From NCBI RefSeq assembly GCF_009914755.1, contig NC_060929.1: a stretch of DNA of 64,000 bases. One strand, 5' to 3'. A model generated the notes under the pieces. It was not told the DNA's origin, searched no databases, and was given only the letters and a program-made list of their open reading frames with translations. Both the position numbers and the translations under genes were made by a program. Shown here piece by piece: positions 15,380 to 28,070 of the stretch (position 1 is the stretch's first letter; each line of letters starts with the position of its first letter). The DNA comes from the human T2T-CHM13v2.0 reference genome, Homo sapiens.

Positions 15380-18300
15380 GTAAGTCATACTCAGGCATGA
15401 ACTCACTCAGCATCAGTCAGCCTTAGTTTTTTAAAAGTTTCCTAGTCCCCAGAGAGATAATACAATTTATCTATTCATTTATTCTAGGATGCACCTAAAC
15501 TATTGATGATTAATCACCTTATTAAATGATTCCATTCTGTGTATAATGTGATCATTTTCAACACACTTGTTCATCTTAAATTCCAGAACTCTTAAAAGGA
15601 GTATATGTGTGGGGTGAGAGGGAGAAAAATACTGAAACAGATAGGTATTTCTAGCTGCAATTTTAATACTTATCCTTATCTTCATTTTTATTTTATGCGT
15701 AAGAGTTTAGAACAACTTAAAATCAGCCTAGAATATATGATCTTATACCTTCGTAATTTTAATAACGTTTGATTATGTTTGTAGATGGCTTGGAACCAGA
15801 AGCTGATTGAGAATATTAGAGCTAACATTTGCACTCATGGTCATCACGGAGGTCTTTGTTGGCTTGCCATGAATTCTTTCCTTTAATGTCAAAATGACTA
15901 AGACAGAGACAAGAATTTTCCTGTTCTGTATCCCACTTCTATATGCTAGTAATAAGAAACTTCTGATTGTGCCTCAGGCAAGTGGTCATAGCTAATTGAA
16001 ATCCAGTTTTGTACCTTGATGCTATCTTACAACTTGGGAAGTAAATTAGGTCTGTGGCTATGAGGCTATTTTCTGGACAAAATAGCCTCTTATTTTTCAA
16101 AAAAATTTTTTTATTTGAGGAAAAAAATCTACATGTATTCTGACATTTATAATCCTTCAAAATGCACTTGGGCATTATGTGAAATTTGTTTTATAGGTGG
16201 ACATTTTAAGTAAATTAGTTTAAGTCTTACAAAACATTAATTTGTTTCATCATGATAATGACATTGTGTGCATTTGGTTGTGAAAAAAACAGAAGTAGTA
16301 CTTTAATATACCTTGTCTCTGACTTTCACCCACACATAGCAGATATGAATAAATTGGGCATTTATTTCTCCTATTGGCTAATTTTCCAAGTGACTCTTAA
16401 GTTATGAACTGAAGTTAATATACTTCAGTGAGTTTGCTACAGTAATGACTCCTGGTCACTAGGAAGAAGAGAGATTGTCTTCCTCTGAAATTTTTCCAAC
16501 CATTAAGGTAAATGGGTTGTAAGAATACTGTTGGCTTCTTGAGATACATTGTTTTGTGTTTATTATTCAAAAACATCTATACTAGTTTTGAGCAAGAGAA
16601 CATTTCTTTGGCTGGAAAGGCAACTTTTTAAAGCATTCATTATTTGGAACCATGTTACTGTTGGAACCTAAATAAAGTAGTTATTTACTTGAGTCTATAT
16701 TAGGACAACTAAGTTAGTATGGACTTAGAAATTGTTGGGTACAAACCCTGTGTTTCTATCTCGTTATGTTTGTGTAATATGTGCAGAAGAATCAAAATAT
16801 TTATTGGGTGTTTTAAAATGTCTCCAGTGGTATCTCTCTTGAACAGAAAAGCCATTTATTTAATTCTGCTTCAGATTCTAGTAGAAAATTATTTCCCACT
16901 AGATCATAAGTGTTTTAAGATGATTAGGTTCCTGTATGTGCATTGTATGAGTATGTGAACATATCCTAACCCAATTTTATAAATATATAAAGTAATTTAA
17001 ATATTTAGAAATCTCAACATTAAACCAAGAATGTCATCCACATTAAAGTGTGTATTAAATATTTGAATCTGTATTGTAATGAACTCAGTAGGCATGTTTC
17101 AAAGACTTAGGAAGTAGCACAGATTTCCATTATGCTCTTGGGCTGGGCAAGTCAATTACATCCTCAAAGGGTTGTAATTTTGTAGAAATTAGCAGACTAC
17201 AAAGGATGCTTGATGGTTGTATCTGACTGGCTTTGGAAATGCTTACATTTCTAAGACTGTGAATTTTTAAATAATCTTTCCTACTTTTTTTCCTACTTTT
17301 ATCCTTCTTGTATGTTTTTGTAACCAGTAGTTTTTTAGGTAGACACATATGTGAACTTTAAACATTTCCATATTTATAGTTAGTGTAATTATTACAACAT
17401 CTGTTTCAATATATGAATGAACTAAAATTTGGAAACTTAAAAGATCAGTTTTTAGTCTTTAAAACATTAGAGCAGGATGAGCTCTTAATCATCTACACAA
17501 AGATTTACAGGCTTTAAATATGTAGATTTAGATTATCTGTGATAGCATTTTCATTCTATACCAGTTAATGCATTTCAGAGACATGTGGTGTGTGTATTAA
17601 GGGACATGCTAGCTGATTGTACCTTACTGTAAGCAAAACAAAATTATAAAAGCAGATTTGTTATGAAAAATAAGAAATCGATGATTTCCAAAATCAAAAA
17701 TGTGACTTTCGGACTATTCTATGTGTTGTTGGATTGATCTGCCTTTTCTTACACAAGAGCATACTGCTGACCCCACCACAAGCTTTACCTGTTAAGTAAA
17801 ATATGTTGTGTTTGGAATATAGCATAGCCTAGAGCCAGGCATTATGGAGATGATATGCTGAAATTGGGGTTTCTTTTCTTCATTCTCCCTTTCCAGTTAG
17901 GATTTGATTGCATTACTGTAATAAACATTAACATTGAAATCATGTTTTAAATTTCTTCATGTTCATTTTCTGGCCTCTGTAGGACACACACAGAAAAGAC
18001 CAGTGAATGCCATTTCATCTAAGAAGCTCTTTAAATGCATCCAAGATGCCAGAAATAACCCTTTCATACCTCCTGAGTAGTAGCAACATGTAATGGTATA
18101 GGAAGAAATATTCCACCTAGCTTTTCTTTTGGTGGTGTCTTGCCATTAACTCATAAAAACGTATATCCTACTATTATCTCTACCATACCTTCATGTCATT
18201 GGTTAGATTGCCTGATGGCTACTAATGTCTCAAGTTAATAGCCACAGAATATTTCAGAAAGGTGGCGTCCACTTTATAAAATGTGTCTATGATTGCCAAA

Positions 18301-19794
18301 GTCTTATTTGGCTAGAAACAACTAAATTTAGTTGACCGAGTAAAATTGTATATTCTTAGAATATGTCACTTAAAACAAACAAATAGTGATTTACTTTCAG
18401 TTCTGAAAATATTTAGAAGGATTTGTTATCTCTTGCAGACCTTCCTGCAGACTACTAATGGGATGAACACAATATATCACTTTTATAATAGTGAGCTATT
18501 AAAGGCAAGCATAAAGCAGTCTGAAGCCCATAAGTGCTGCCAACAGCTCCTGCTTTAATGAATTCCCTTTTAGATGTCCATTAAATGCTCATGGCAAATG
18601 TACTCATAATGGAAATGGCAAATCTAAATGGGTAGATATGAATAATCCATGGAGTTTAAATTCTGTTTATGATCATCTTCACATTTAGTTTTCAAGACAA
18701 CGCAGTTTAGTTTTCATTACAGTTTGGAATAAAGAGGACAGGGAGTAATTGATTGCTTCAAGCAGATTAAAATCAATGGTTTTCTTTTCAAAGAACCAGT
18801 TCAATGCAGTAATTCCAACTTTAAACATTGATTTAGAGGACTCAACACAAAATGTTTTGTGCTGTGTGAACTTTTATATAGGAAGACTAATATTAATTTT
18901 ATTCCCCTGTATATCTGTATAGTGAAATATAGAGGTTGTTAGTAACATGTGCATGACTTAATAGTGATCTATATTAAGTCATTTTGATATTATTGCAGTC
19001 ATATAATGAATCAGTGAGATTCCCGTCATCACTGTAATACTGTTTGTAACCCATTAGCACAGAGAAATTACAGCCCATCATACATCATTACTGTGATTGA
19101 GGCTTTATTACCATATTCTCAAATTGCTTGCTTGCTATAAAACTAAATAGACACAAGACAACTATAGGTAGAGTAGAGACTGCGCATTATTGTGCTACAG
19201 TAATGAGGGATTATTGTACCATAATGGGTTGAAACTTATGAGGAAAATAAACTTGGCAGTAATAGAAAACTGGAGACTCTTTTTACATTTGTTTTTATTA
19301 CTTTAAAGGTCAAATATATTTGTTATGCTCAGGTTATTGTTTATGTATTACATGAATCATAGCCTTTTAATATTTTCTAAAGATTTTTTTCACCCCCACC
19401 CCCACCCCCAATTGTATCCTTTCAAAGTCTGTGGCCTGATGCACTTTGAATGCTTAGGACTGGACTTGGAATCTGTGTTTTTCCTGTTGTGAGATGAGAC
19501 GTTTTACTGCTACTAAGCCTACCATTTCTGAGGGTAGGTAGAAAGCTTTAAACTTTAGGCTATTTTCAGCATACTATACATTTTGTTTACAGTGTGGATA
19601 GGCCAGTGGTCTTCACGCTCTTCAGTTGAAATAAATGTATTAATGCAGCAATATTCTAAGCAATGAATACAGGTTTAAAATATGGAACTGTCTAGGGCCT
19701 GATTGTAAAAGACTTTTGATGTTTCAAAGATGAAAATAGAAAAAATATACTGCGTCCATATTAAAGAAGAAAATCCTACGACAGTAGAACTTAC

Positions 19795-20642
19795 TGTAGT
19801 TATAACCTGGGACCATGCTGTCCTCTTTGGAAGAATATGTTGCCTATGTTGCCTTTTCTAACTTTAGAGGTTATTGTTGCTTTGGCTAAAAATTTATATG
19901 TAAAGTGTTTTATAATCATGAACATATGCTAATTTCTGGGTTTTGTTTTATATTATTATTTTTATTTATTTATTTAGTGTTATTTTTTAGAGACAGATCT
20001 CACTGTTGCCCAGGCTGGAGGGTAGTGGCACTATAATTAGAACTTATTAAATTGTGCATATGTTCATTCACTCTCTGTTGAGTCTTGTTTATGAGTTATA
20101 ACATTGAGAGCATAATATGAACAGTGTAAAGCCCAGGGTACTGACTTTGGAGATAAGATTGCATGGATTTAAAGTTCTCAGTGCAGAGTGGTTTTCTGAT
20201 CTCAATCTCATTGTGATTTGATACCACGACAATTTAAATATCAAACAATGACCCATCTGGGCAACATAGTGAGGCTCTGTCTCTGCTAAAAATAAAAATA
20301 AAATAAGAGCTGGGCATGGTGGCGCATTCCTGTAGTCTCAGCTTCTCAGGAGACTGAAACAGGAGGATCATTTGAGCCCAGGAGTTTGAGGCTCTAGTGA
20401 ACCCTGATGGGGCCACTGCAGCCCAGCCTGGGCAAGAGTGAGACCTGTCTCTAAAAAATAATAATAAATGAATGAATAAATATCAAATAATATAAAATGA
20501 AAGCCAGAAATTAGCATATGTTCATGATTATGAAACACTTTATGTATAAATACTTTGCCAAAGCAATAGTAACCTCTTGTTAACTTAGAAAAGGCAACAT
20601 ATTCTTCCAAAGAGGACAGCTTGGTCCCAGGTTGTAATTACA
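19795..20642. repeat. Inverted duplication, arms 19795-20029 and 20412-20642
   Basis: 'ctgtcctctttggaagaatatgttgcc' and 'taatcatgaacatatgctaatttctgg' occur as exact reverse complements in the right arm. Confidence 0.95.
20257..20476 (+). mobile_element. 5'-truncated AluJ
   Basis: Alu linker and right arm; TSD taaatatcaaa(c/t)aat 20235-20249/20477-20491. Confidence 0.88.
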
Positions 20643-21154
20643 AGCCACTTACACATTACTCTTAGGGTTATCATATGTAATTACCACCCCCTTTGTAAAG
20701 CATATATTTTATTTATAACACATACTGTAGTTGTAGTGGTATAAAACCTGAATGCTTGCTTACCAAAGAACTGCAATGAGACATGCTGCATAAAAGGAAA
20801 GCTTAGAATTGGCTGAGGGGACTATGCCTAAATGATGCCCCAGCCAACTCTACCTGGTATATTCTTCAATGAAGAAAACTGTAAAACATCCTAATCAACC
20901 AACTTCTTTCCATGCTTGCCAGAGTATATAGCCACTTTGAATTACATGAATGTTTTTGTGACTCGGTTCATTTCATCACTTCATGGGAGCACCTTCCATG
21001 TTAAAAACAGATGCAGTGCAAAAGCAGAAAGCCAGAAATAATAGTGAGAGGCAAAGTTAGAGAAATGTGCATATTAAATCTTTAAAATACTCTATGACTT
21101 TTTCCTGCCCAGCATCTTTTGGGGGAAAAAGAGAGAAGATGAATAAATTAAAGG

Positions 21155-21322
21155 TTTTTTTCTTTCTTTGTTTTTTTGAGACAAGGTCTCACTCTGTTTC
21201 CCAGGCTGGAGTGCAGTGTTGCCATCATGGCTCACGGCTCCTGGCAGCTTCAACCTCCAGGCTCAAGTGACCCTCCTGCCTCAGCCTCCTGAGAACTGGG
21301 ACCATAGGCATGAGCCACCACA
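21155..21322 (-). mobile_element. Alu right-arm monomer (FRAM or truncated AluJ)
   Basis: poly-T + 'gagacaaggtctcactctg...ggcatgagccaccac'. Confidence 0.85.
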
Positions 21323-21924
21323 GGTTTGGTTTTTTTTTCTTAATAGGTTGGACATATGGCTATAAATAAAAAATAAGAAAATTAAAAAAGAGTAAGTGCT
21401 AAGAAGAAAAATAAAATGAAATTATAAGTATAAGAAATGCTAGATGGGGTTGTTATATATATGATTTTTTGTAGAAGGCCTTTCTGATAAGATGGCATTT
21501 AAGGAAAAATCTAAATAAAGTGCAGGACAAGCCAAGATATTTATCTATGGTAAAAAAATATCCCAGGAACAGTGAATGTAAGTGTTCTGAGAGAGAAGCA
21601 TATTTGATATGTATGCAGAACAGCAAGACTGCTATGGCTCAGCAGATAAAGGGGGAAACATAAGAAATTAAACATGATACCTTAGTAATTTTTTAAATGA
21701 ATTTAATAACATTAAAGTCTTTCTGTGTAGTTAGGTTTTTGCTATTAGAGAGGTGGTTCTAAGTCAAATGATGCTTCTAATATCTTTCTTAATATATTGG
21801 ATATGACCTTGTTTTTTAAGTATTTAAATATGCTTGAACATGTTAACCCGATCATGTATCTTTTGTGGAGGTCTAGAGTTTTTTTTTGTTTTGTTTTTTA
21901 GGGTTTTTTTTTTTAATGATACAG

Positions 21925-22055
21925 GCTTTATTATCTTCCCCATTTTGCAGATGAGAACACTGAGGCATTTACCCAGTGGCTTATAAGCTGATAGGTGCTA
22001 AAGCCAGGAATCAAATTCAGAAAGTGTAGCCCAGATTCTGAACTTTTAGCCATTG
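21925..22055 (-). mobile_element. MIR fragment
   Basis: 'ccccattttgcagatgagaacactgaggca...gccaggaatcaaattcag'. Confidence 0.8.
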
Positions 22056-22229
22056 TTTGCACTGTTTGTTTCTTTTTTTGTTTTTTTTTTTTTTTTTTTA
22101 AGTAATTTCAACTTTTATTTTAGATTCAGGATATGTGTGCAGGTTTGTTCCATGGGTATACTGTATAATGCTGAGGTTTGGGATACACTACAACCCGTTA
22201 CCAAGGTAGAGAGCATAGTACCCAGTAGG

Positions 22230-22534
22230 TTTTCTTTTCTTTCTTTCTTTCTTTGAGACAGAGTCTTGCCCTCTTGCCAAGGCTGAAGTGCAGTGTTGTG
22301 ATCTCAGCTTACTAAATCTCCACCTCCCAGTCTTAAGCAGTTCTTGTGCCTCAGCCTCCCAAGTAGCTGGGACTGTAGGTGTGTTCTTCCATGCCCAGCT
22401 AATTTTTGTATTTTTACAAAATACAACAAAATATTCAAGCTATTTTATTGGCCAAGCTGGTGTCGAACTCCTGGCCTCAAGTGGTCCAGCCACCTTGGCC
22501 TCCCAAAGTGCTAGGATTACAGGTGTGAGCCACC
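22230..22534 (-). mobile_element. AluJ/S-type Alu inside L1, with altered middle
   Basis: (CTTT)-rich tail and both Alu arms. Confidence 0.88.
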
Positions 22535-22762
22535 TCTGTGCCTCTCCCCAGTGTCTCTTGTTGCTGTCTTTATGTCCATGAGTACTCAATTTTTAGCTCC
22601 CACTTATAAGTGATAACATGCGATATTTGGTTTTCTTTTCCTGTGTTAATTCACTTAAGATAATGGCCTCCATCTGCATCCATGTTGCTGCAGAGGTCAC
22701 AATTTCCTTCTTTTTTATGGTTGCATAGTAGTCTATGGTGTATATATGCTACTTTTTCCTTT

Positions 22763-24503
22763 TGTTCTTACAATTTTCTATCTTTTTCTTTATAATTTCA
22801 GCATTTATTTTTAGATGTCAGGGGTACATATGCAGGTTTATTACATGGGTATATTGCATGATGCTGAGGTTTGGAGTATGACTGAACCCATCACCCTGGA
22901 AGTGAGCATACTACCCATAGTTAGTTTTTCAACCCTTTCTCCCTCTAGCAGTCCGCTGTGTCTCTTGTTGCCATCTGTATGTCCGTGGGTACCCACTATT
23001 TAGCTACCACTTGCAAGTAATAACATGTGGTATTTGTTTTTCTGTTCCTGTGTTGATTTGTTTAGGATAATGGCCTCCAGCTGCATCCATGTTACTGCAG
23101 AGGACATGATTTCATTCTTTTTTATGGCTGTGTGGTATTCCATGGTGTATATGTACTATATTTTCTTTACCCAGTCCATCATTGATGAACATCTAGATTG
23201 ATTCCACATCATTGCTATTGTGGATAGTGCTGCAGTGAACATATGAGTACATGTGTTTTTTTGATAGAACAATTCATTTTCTTTTGGATATATGCCCAGT
23301 AATAGGATTGCTGGGCCAAATGGTAGTTCTATTTCAAGTTCTTTGAGAAATCCCAAGGTACTTTCCACAGTAGCTGAATTAATACATGTTCCCCCCCAAC
23401 AGTGTATAAGCGTTCCCTTATCTCTGCAGCTTTGCCAGCATCTATTGTTTTTTTTTCTTTTTTGACTTTTTAATAATAGCCATCCTGACTGGTATGCAAT
23501 GGTATCTTACTGTAATTTTGATTTTCATTTCTCTGATGGTTAGTGATGTGGAGTATTGTTTCATGTGTTTGTTGGCTGCTTATATGTCTTCTTTTGAGAA
23601 GTGTTGATTCATGTCCTTTGCCCGCATTTTAATGGAGCTGTTTTTTGCTTGCTGAATTGTTTACATTTGTCATAAAGTTTGGATATTAGACTTCTGTTGT
23701 ATGTATAGGTTTTTCTCTCATTCTGTAGATTGTCTATTTATTCTGTTGATAGTTTCTTTTGCTGTGCAGAAGCTCTATAGTTTCATTAGGTTCCATTTGT
23801 CAGTTGTTGTTTCTGTTACAATTGCTTATGAGGACATAAACATAAATTCTTTCCCATGACTGATGTCCAGAATGATGTTTCCTAGGTTTTCTTCTAGGAT
23901 TCTTATAGTTTGAGGTCTTATATTAAAATCTGTTAATCGGTCGAGTTAATTTTTGTATATGGTATATACAGCTACATATAGCTAGCCAACTATCCCAGAA
24001 CCACTTATTCAATAGGAAGTCCTTTCCCGATTGCTTAGTTTTGTTGACCTTGTTGAAGATCAGATGTCTGTAGGTGTGTAGCTTTACTTCTGGCTCCTCT
24101 ATTCTGTTCCATTGGTCTATGCATCTGTTTTTGTACCATTAACATGCTGTTTTGGTTACTGTAGCCTTATAGTGTAGTTTGAAGTTGGGTAATGTGATGA
24201 ATGCCTCCAGATTTGTTCTTTTTGTTCAGGATTGCTTTGGCTATTCAGGCTCTTTCTGTTCTGTATGAATTTTAGAATAGTTTTTTTTTACTTCTGTGAA
24301 AAAATGGCATGGTAGTTTGATAGGAATAGTGTTGAATCTATAGATTGCTTTGGACAGTGTGGCCATTTTAACAATATTGATTCCTCCAATCCATGAGCAT
24401 GCAATGTTTCTCCATTTGTTTGTGTCATCTGATTTCTTTCAACAGTGTTTTGGAATTCTCCTTGTAGAAATCTTTACCTTTTTGTTTAGATGTATTCTTA
24501 GGT

Positions 24504-24536
<33 letters not shown>

Positions 24537-25284
24537 ACGTGCACAGCAATTATAAATGTGATTTTATTCTTGATTTGTCTCTCAGCTTCAATATTATTGG
24601 TATATAGAAATGCTAGTAACTTTTTGTACATTAATTTTTGTATCCTGAAACTTTACTGAAGTTGTTTATCAGTTCTAGGAGCCTTTTGACAGACTTAAGG
24701 GTTTTTTTCAGGTATACAATCATATTGTTGGCCAAGAGAGATAGTTTGACTTCTTTTCCTATTTGCATGCCTTTTATTTCATTCTCTTGCCTGAATGCTG
24801 TGGCGAGGGCTTCCAGTACTATGTTGAATAGGGTGGTGAAAGTGGGCATCCTTGTCTTGTTCCAGTTCTCAAGGGGAATGCTTCCAGCTTTTGCCCATTC
24901 TGTATCATGTCGGGTATGGGTTTGTCATAGATGGCTTTTATTATTTTGAGGTATGATCCTTTGATGCCTAGTTTATTGAGGGTTTTTATCATAATGGTAA
25001 GTTGGATTTTATTGAAAGTTTTTTCCACATCTATTGAGATGGTTTTATTGAAAGTTTTTTCCACATCTATTGAGATGATTTGTTTACATGGTGAATCATA
25101 TTTATTGATTTGCATATGTTGAACCAACTTTGCTTCCCAGGAATGAAGCTTACTTGTTCCTGGTGAATTAATTGTTGATGTGCTGCTGGATTCAGTTTGC
25201 TTGTATATTGTCGAGGATTTTTGTGTCTATGTTCATCATGGGTATTGACTTGTAGTTTTCTTTTTTCATTGTGTCTTTGCCAGG
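22763..25284 (-). mobile_element. Nested 5'-truncated L1PA16-like element (~2.5 kb)
   Basis: Second 3'UTR start at ~22790 'tttagatgtcaggggtacatatgcagg'; ORF2 RT remnants ([19 protein letters not shown]). Confidence 0.85.
24506..24535. repeat. (TG)15 microsatellite
   Basis: Direct read. Confidence 0.95.
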
Positions 25285-25950
25285 ATGTACCACATTTTCT
25301 TTATCCATTCCACCATTTATGGGCACCTAGATTAATTCTATGTCTTTGCTTTTGTGAATAGTGCTGTGATGAACATGCAAGTGTATGTGTCTTTTTAGTA
25401 AAATGATTTCTTTTCTTTTGGTTATATACCCAGTAATGGGATTGCTAGGTCCAATGGTAGTTCTGATTTAAGTTCCTTGAGAAATCTCCAGACTGTGGAG
25501 ACAGTGCCTGAACTAATTTATCTTCCTACCAACAGTGTGTAAGAGTTCCTTTTTCTCTATAGCCTTGCTAGCTTCTGTTGTTGGTTTTTTTTTTTTTTTT
25601 TTGCTTTTTAATAATAACTATTCTGACTGGTGTGACATGGTTTTGATTTGCTTCTCTCTGATGATTAGTGATGTTGAACATTTTTTTCATATCCTTGTTG
25701 CCACCTGTATGTCTTCTTCTGAAAAGTGTCTGTTCATGTCTTTTGTCTATTTTTTTTAATGAGATGTATTTGTTTTTGTTTTTTTGCTTATTGAATTAAG
25801 TTCCTAATAGATTCTGGATATTAGACCTTTGTTGGATGCATAGTTTACAAATATTTCCTCCCGGTTTATAGATTGTCTGTTTGTTGATGGTTACTTTTGC
25901 TGTGTAGAAACTCTTTAATTAGTTCCCATTTGTCAATATTTGTTTTGTTG

Positions 25951-26642
25951 ATTTGATAGACTGCTAGCTAGACTAAGAAAGAAAAAAGAGAGAAGATCCA
26001 AATAAGTACAATCAGAAATGACAAAGGTGACATTACATCTGATCCCGGAAAAATACAAAGGATTCTCAGAGACTATTATGAACACCCCTGTTCACACAAA
26101 CTTAGAAAATCTAGAGGAAATGGACTAATTCCTGGAAACAAAACCTTCCAAGTTTGAATCAGGAAGAAATTGAAGCCCCGAACAGACCAATATTGACATT
26201 TGAAATTGAATCAGTAATAAAAACCTACCAACCAATAAAAGCCGCAGATCAGATGGATTCACAGCCAAATTCTACCACATGTACATAGAAGAGCTGGTAC
26301 AAACTCTACCGAAACTATTCCAAAAAATCGAGGAGGAAGTGCTCCTCCCTAACTCATTCCGTGAAGCCAGCATCAGCCTGGTACCAAAATCTGGCAAGGA
26401 CACGACAAAAAAAACTACAGGCCAGTATCTCTGATGAACGTGGACAAAAAAAATCCCCCCAAAAATACTAGCAATCCACATCTAGCATCATATCAAAACG
26501 TTAGTTCACCATAATCAAGTAGACTTCATTCCTGGGATGCAAGGTTGTTTCAACATAATGCAAATCAATAAATGTGATTCACCACTTAAACAGAATGAAA
26601 AACCATATAATCATTTCAATAGATGGGGAAAAAGCTTTTGAT
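25951..26642 (+). mobile_element. Inverted L1 ORF2 segment (5' inversion of the outer L1)
   Basis: Abrupt switch to A-rich sense ORF2 'tagactgctagctagactaag...cagatggattcacagccaaattctacca...gaaaaagcttttga'. Confidence 0.85.
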
Positions 26643-27151
26643 TTTTGTTCTTGATAAGATATGACAGAAAGTCTCAGAGTCAGAGCCAGGGACTTTCTTA
26701 AATAATTTTAGAGCTTTTAGTTGCAAAATGTCTTTGTTTTTACTGCTGGCATAAATAGGTTTTCCATTTATTTCTAGCACTCAGTAAAAACATATTATTT
26801 AATTTACTGGCTCTTCCAATGTAGTATATGAGTCTGCTAAAGTTTGTGAAGTCTTGTTCGTTTATTTATTTAGGTTGCTGACAAGTGGAAATAGGTGAGA
26901 TATGAAGTTTTGGGGATTTTAATCCTGTAGAAGGGGTCCTTGAATTGAAAAAAAGTTTTGAGAACCAGTTGCCTTCTTCCCAGGGAGAAGATGGAGCAGA
27001 GGTCCCAAACATGGTAAAACTGAGGTAGAAAAGAAGACCTTAGGAGAAGCTTGAGGTTCAAAGAGAGGGAATAAGTTAAAAATGTAAAAAGTTAACTTTT
27101 GAAACAGAGAAGAGGAAACTAGTGAAGAAGGAATTCTTCCTCGCTGCATTC

Positions 27152-27546
27152 TGCATTAGTTATCTATTGCCGCAGAACAAATTACCCCTAAACTTAGAAG
27201 TTTTAGGAAAAATCATATTCTATTTCACAGACTTCCTGAGGCACAGGAATTTCGGAATGGCTTAGCTGAGTAATTCTCACTTAAGGTCTTTTATGAGGTT
27301 TCAGTCGAAATGTTGATCCAGGGCTGAAAATTCTGAAAACTTGACTGGGGTTGGAAGGTCAGCTTGCAGAATGGCTTGCTCACGTAACTGTTAACAGAAG
27401 GCCTCATCAGTTCTAGCCTGTTGTTGACAGGAGGCCTCACCTCCTTGCCACATGAAGCCCTCCATAGGGCTGCTTGATTGTCCCCATGATATGGCAGCTA
27501 ATTTCCCCAAAGTGAGTGATGCAAGAGAGAGGGTGGGAAAGCTACT
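27152..27546 (-). mobile_element. MLT1J/K-like ERVL-MaLR LTR
   Basis: 'tgcattagttatctattgc...caaattacccctaaacttag...tccatagggctgcttga...atggcagct'. Confidence 0.75.
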
Positions 27547-28070
27547 GTAAAAATTGGGGGTCATGTTATTAATTATTTGTTATTTATTTATTATTACTAT
27601 TAAGCAGTAATTGATAGCACTCATTTTCTTCATTTATATTGTGATTCCTCATTGTTTTTGATCATCTCAGGGCACAAAATAACAATCTCCCAAAACAAAG
27701 AAACCAAGCTACCACCACCAACTTGTGATAAATACAAAATATACATAATTTATGTATTTTGAAGGAAGTCCTGTAATATCCTAGTTGAAATTATTTCTTG
27801 AAGTACAGTCACACATCACTTAACAACAAGAGTATGTTCTAAGAAATGTCCTTTTAGGCAATTTTGTTGTTGTGGAAACGTCAGGAACTGTTCTTACACA
27901 AACCTGGATGGTATAGCCTACTACACACCTAGGCTGCGTGGTATAGCCTATTGCTCCTAGGCTACAAACCTGTACAGCATGTTACTATACTGAATACTGT
28001 AAACAATTGTAACACAATGGTAAGTACTTATGTATCTAATCATAGAAAAGGCACAGTAAAAAATACACTT

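Larger units (their letters stand above)
22070..25950 (-). mobile_element. Outer L1PA15/16-like 3' segment (pieces ~22070-22229, 22536-22762, 25285-25950)
   Basis: 3'UTR 'caacttttattttagattcagg...atgctgaggtttggg'; sequence resumes at 'gtaccacattttctttatcc' after the nested L1. Confidence 0.8.

Noticed and set aside
16408-16429. Small hairpin actgaagt/acttcagt
   Set aside because: An 8-bp stem is expected by chance in 64 kb
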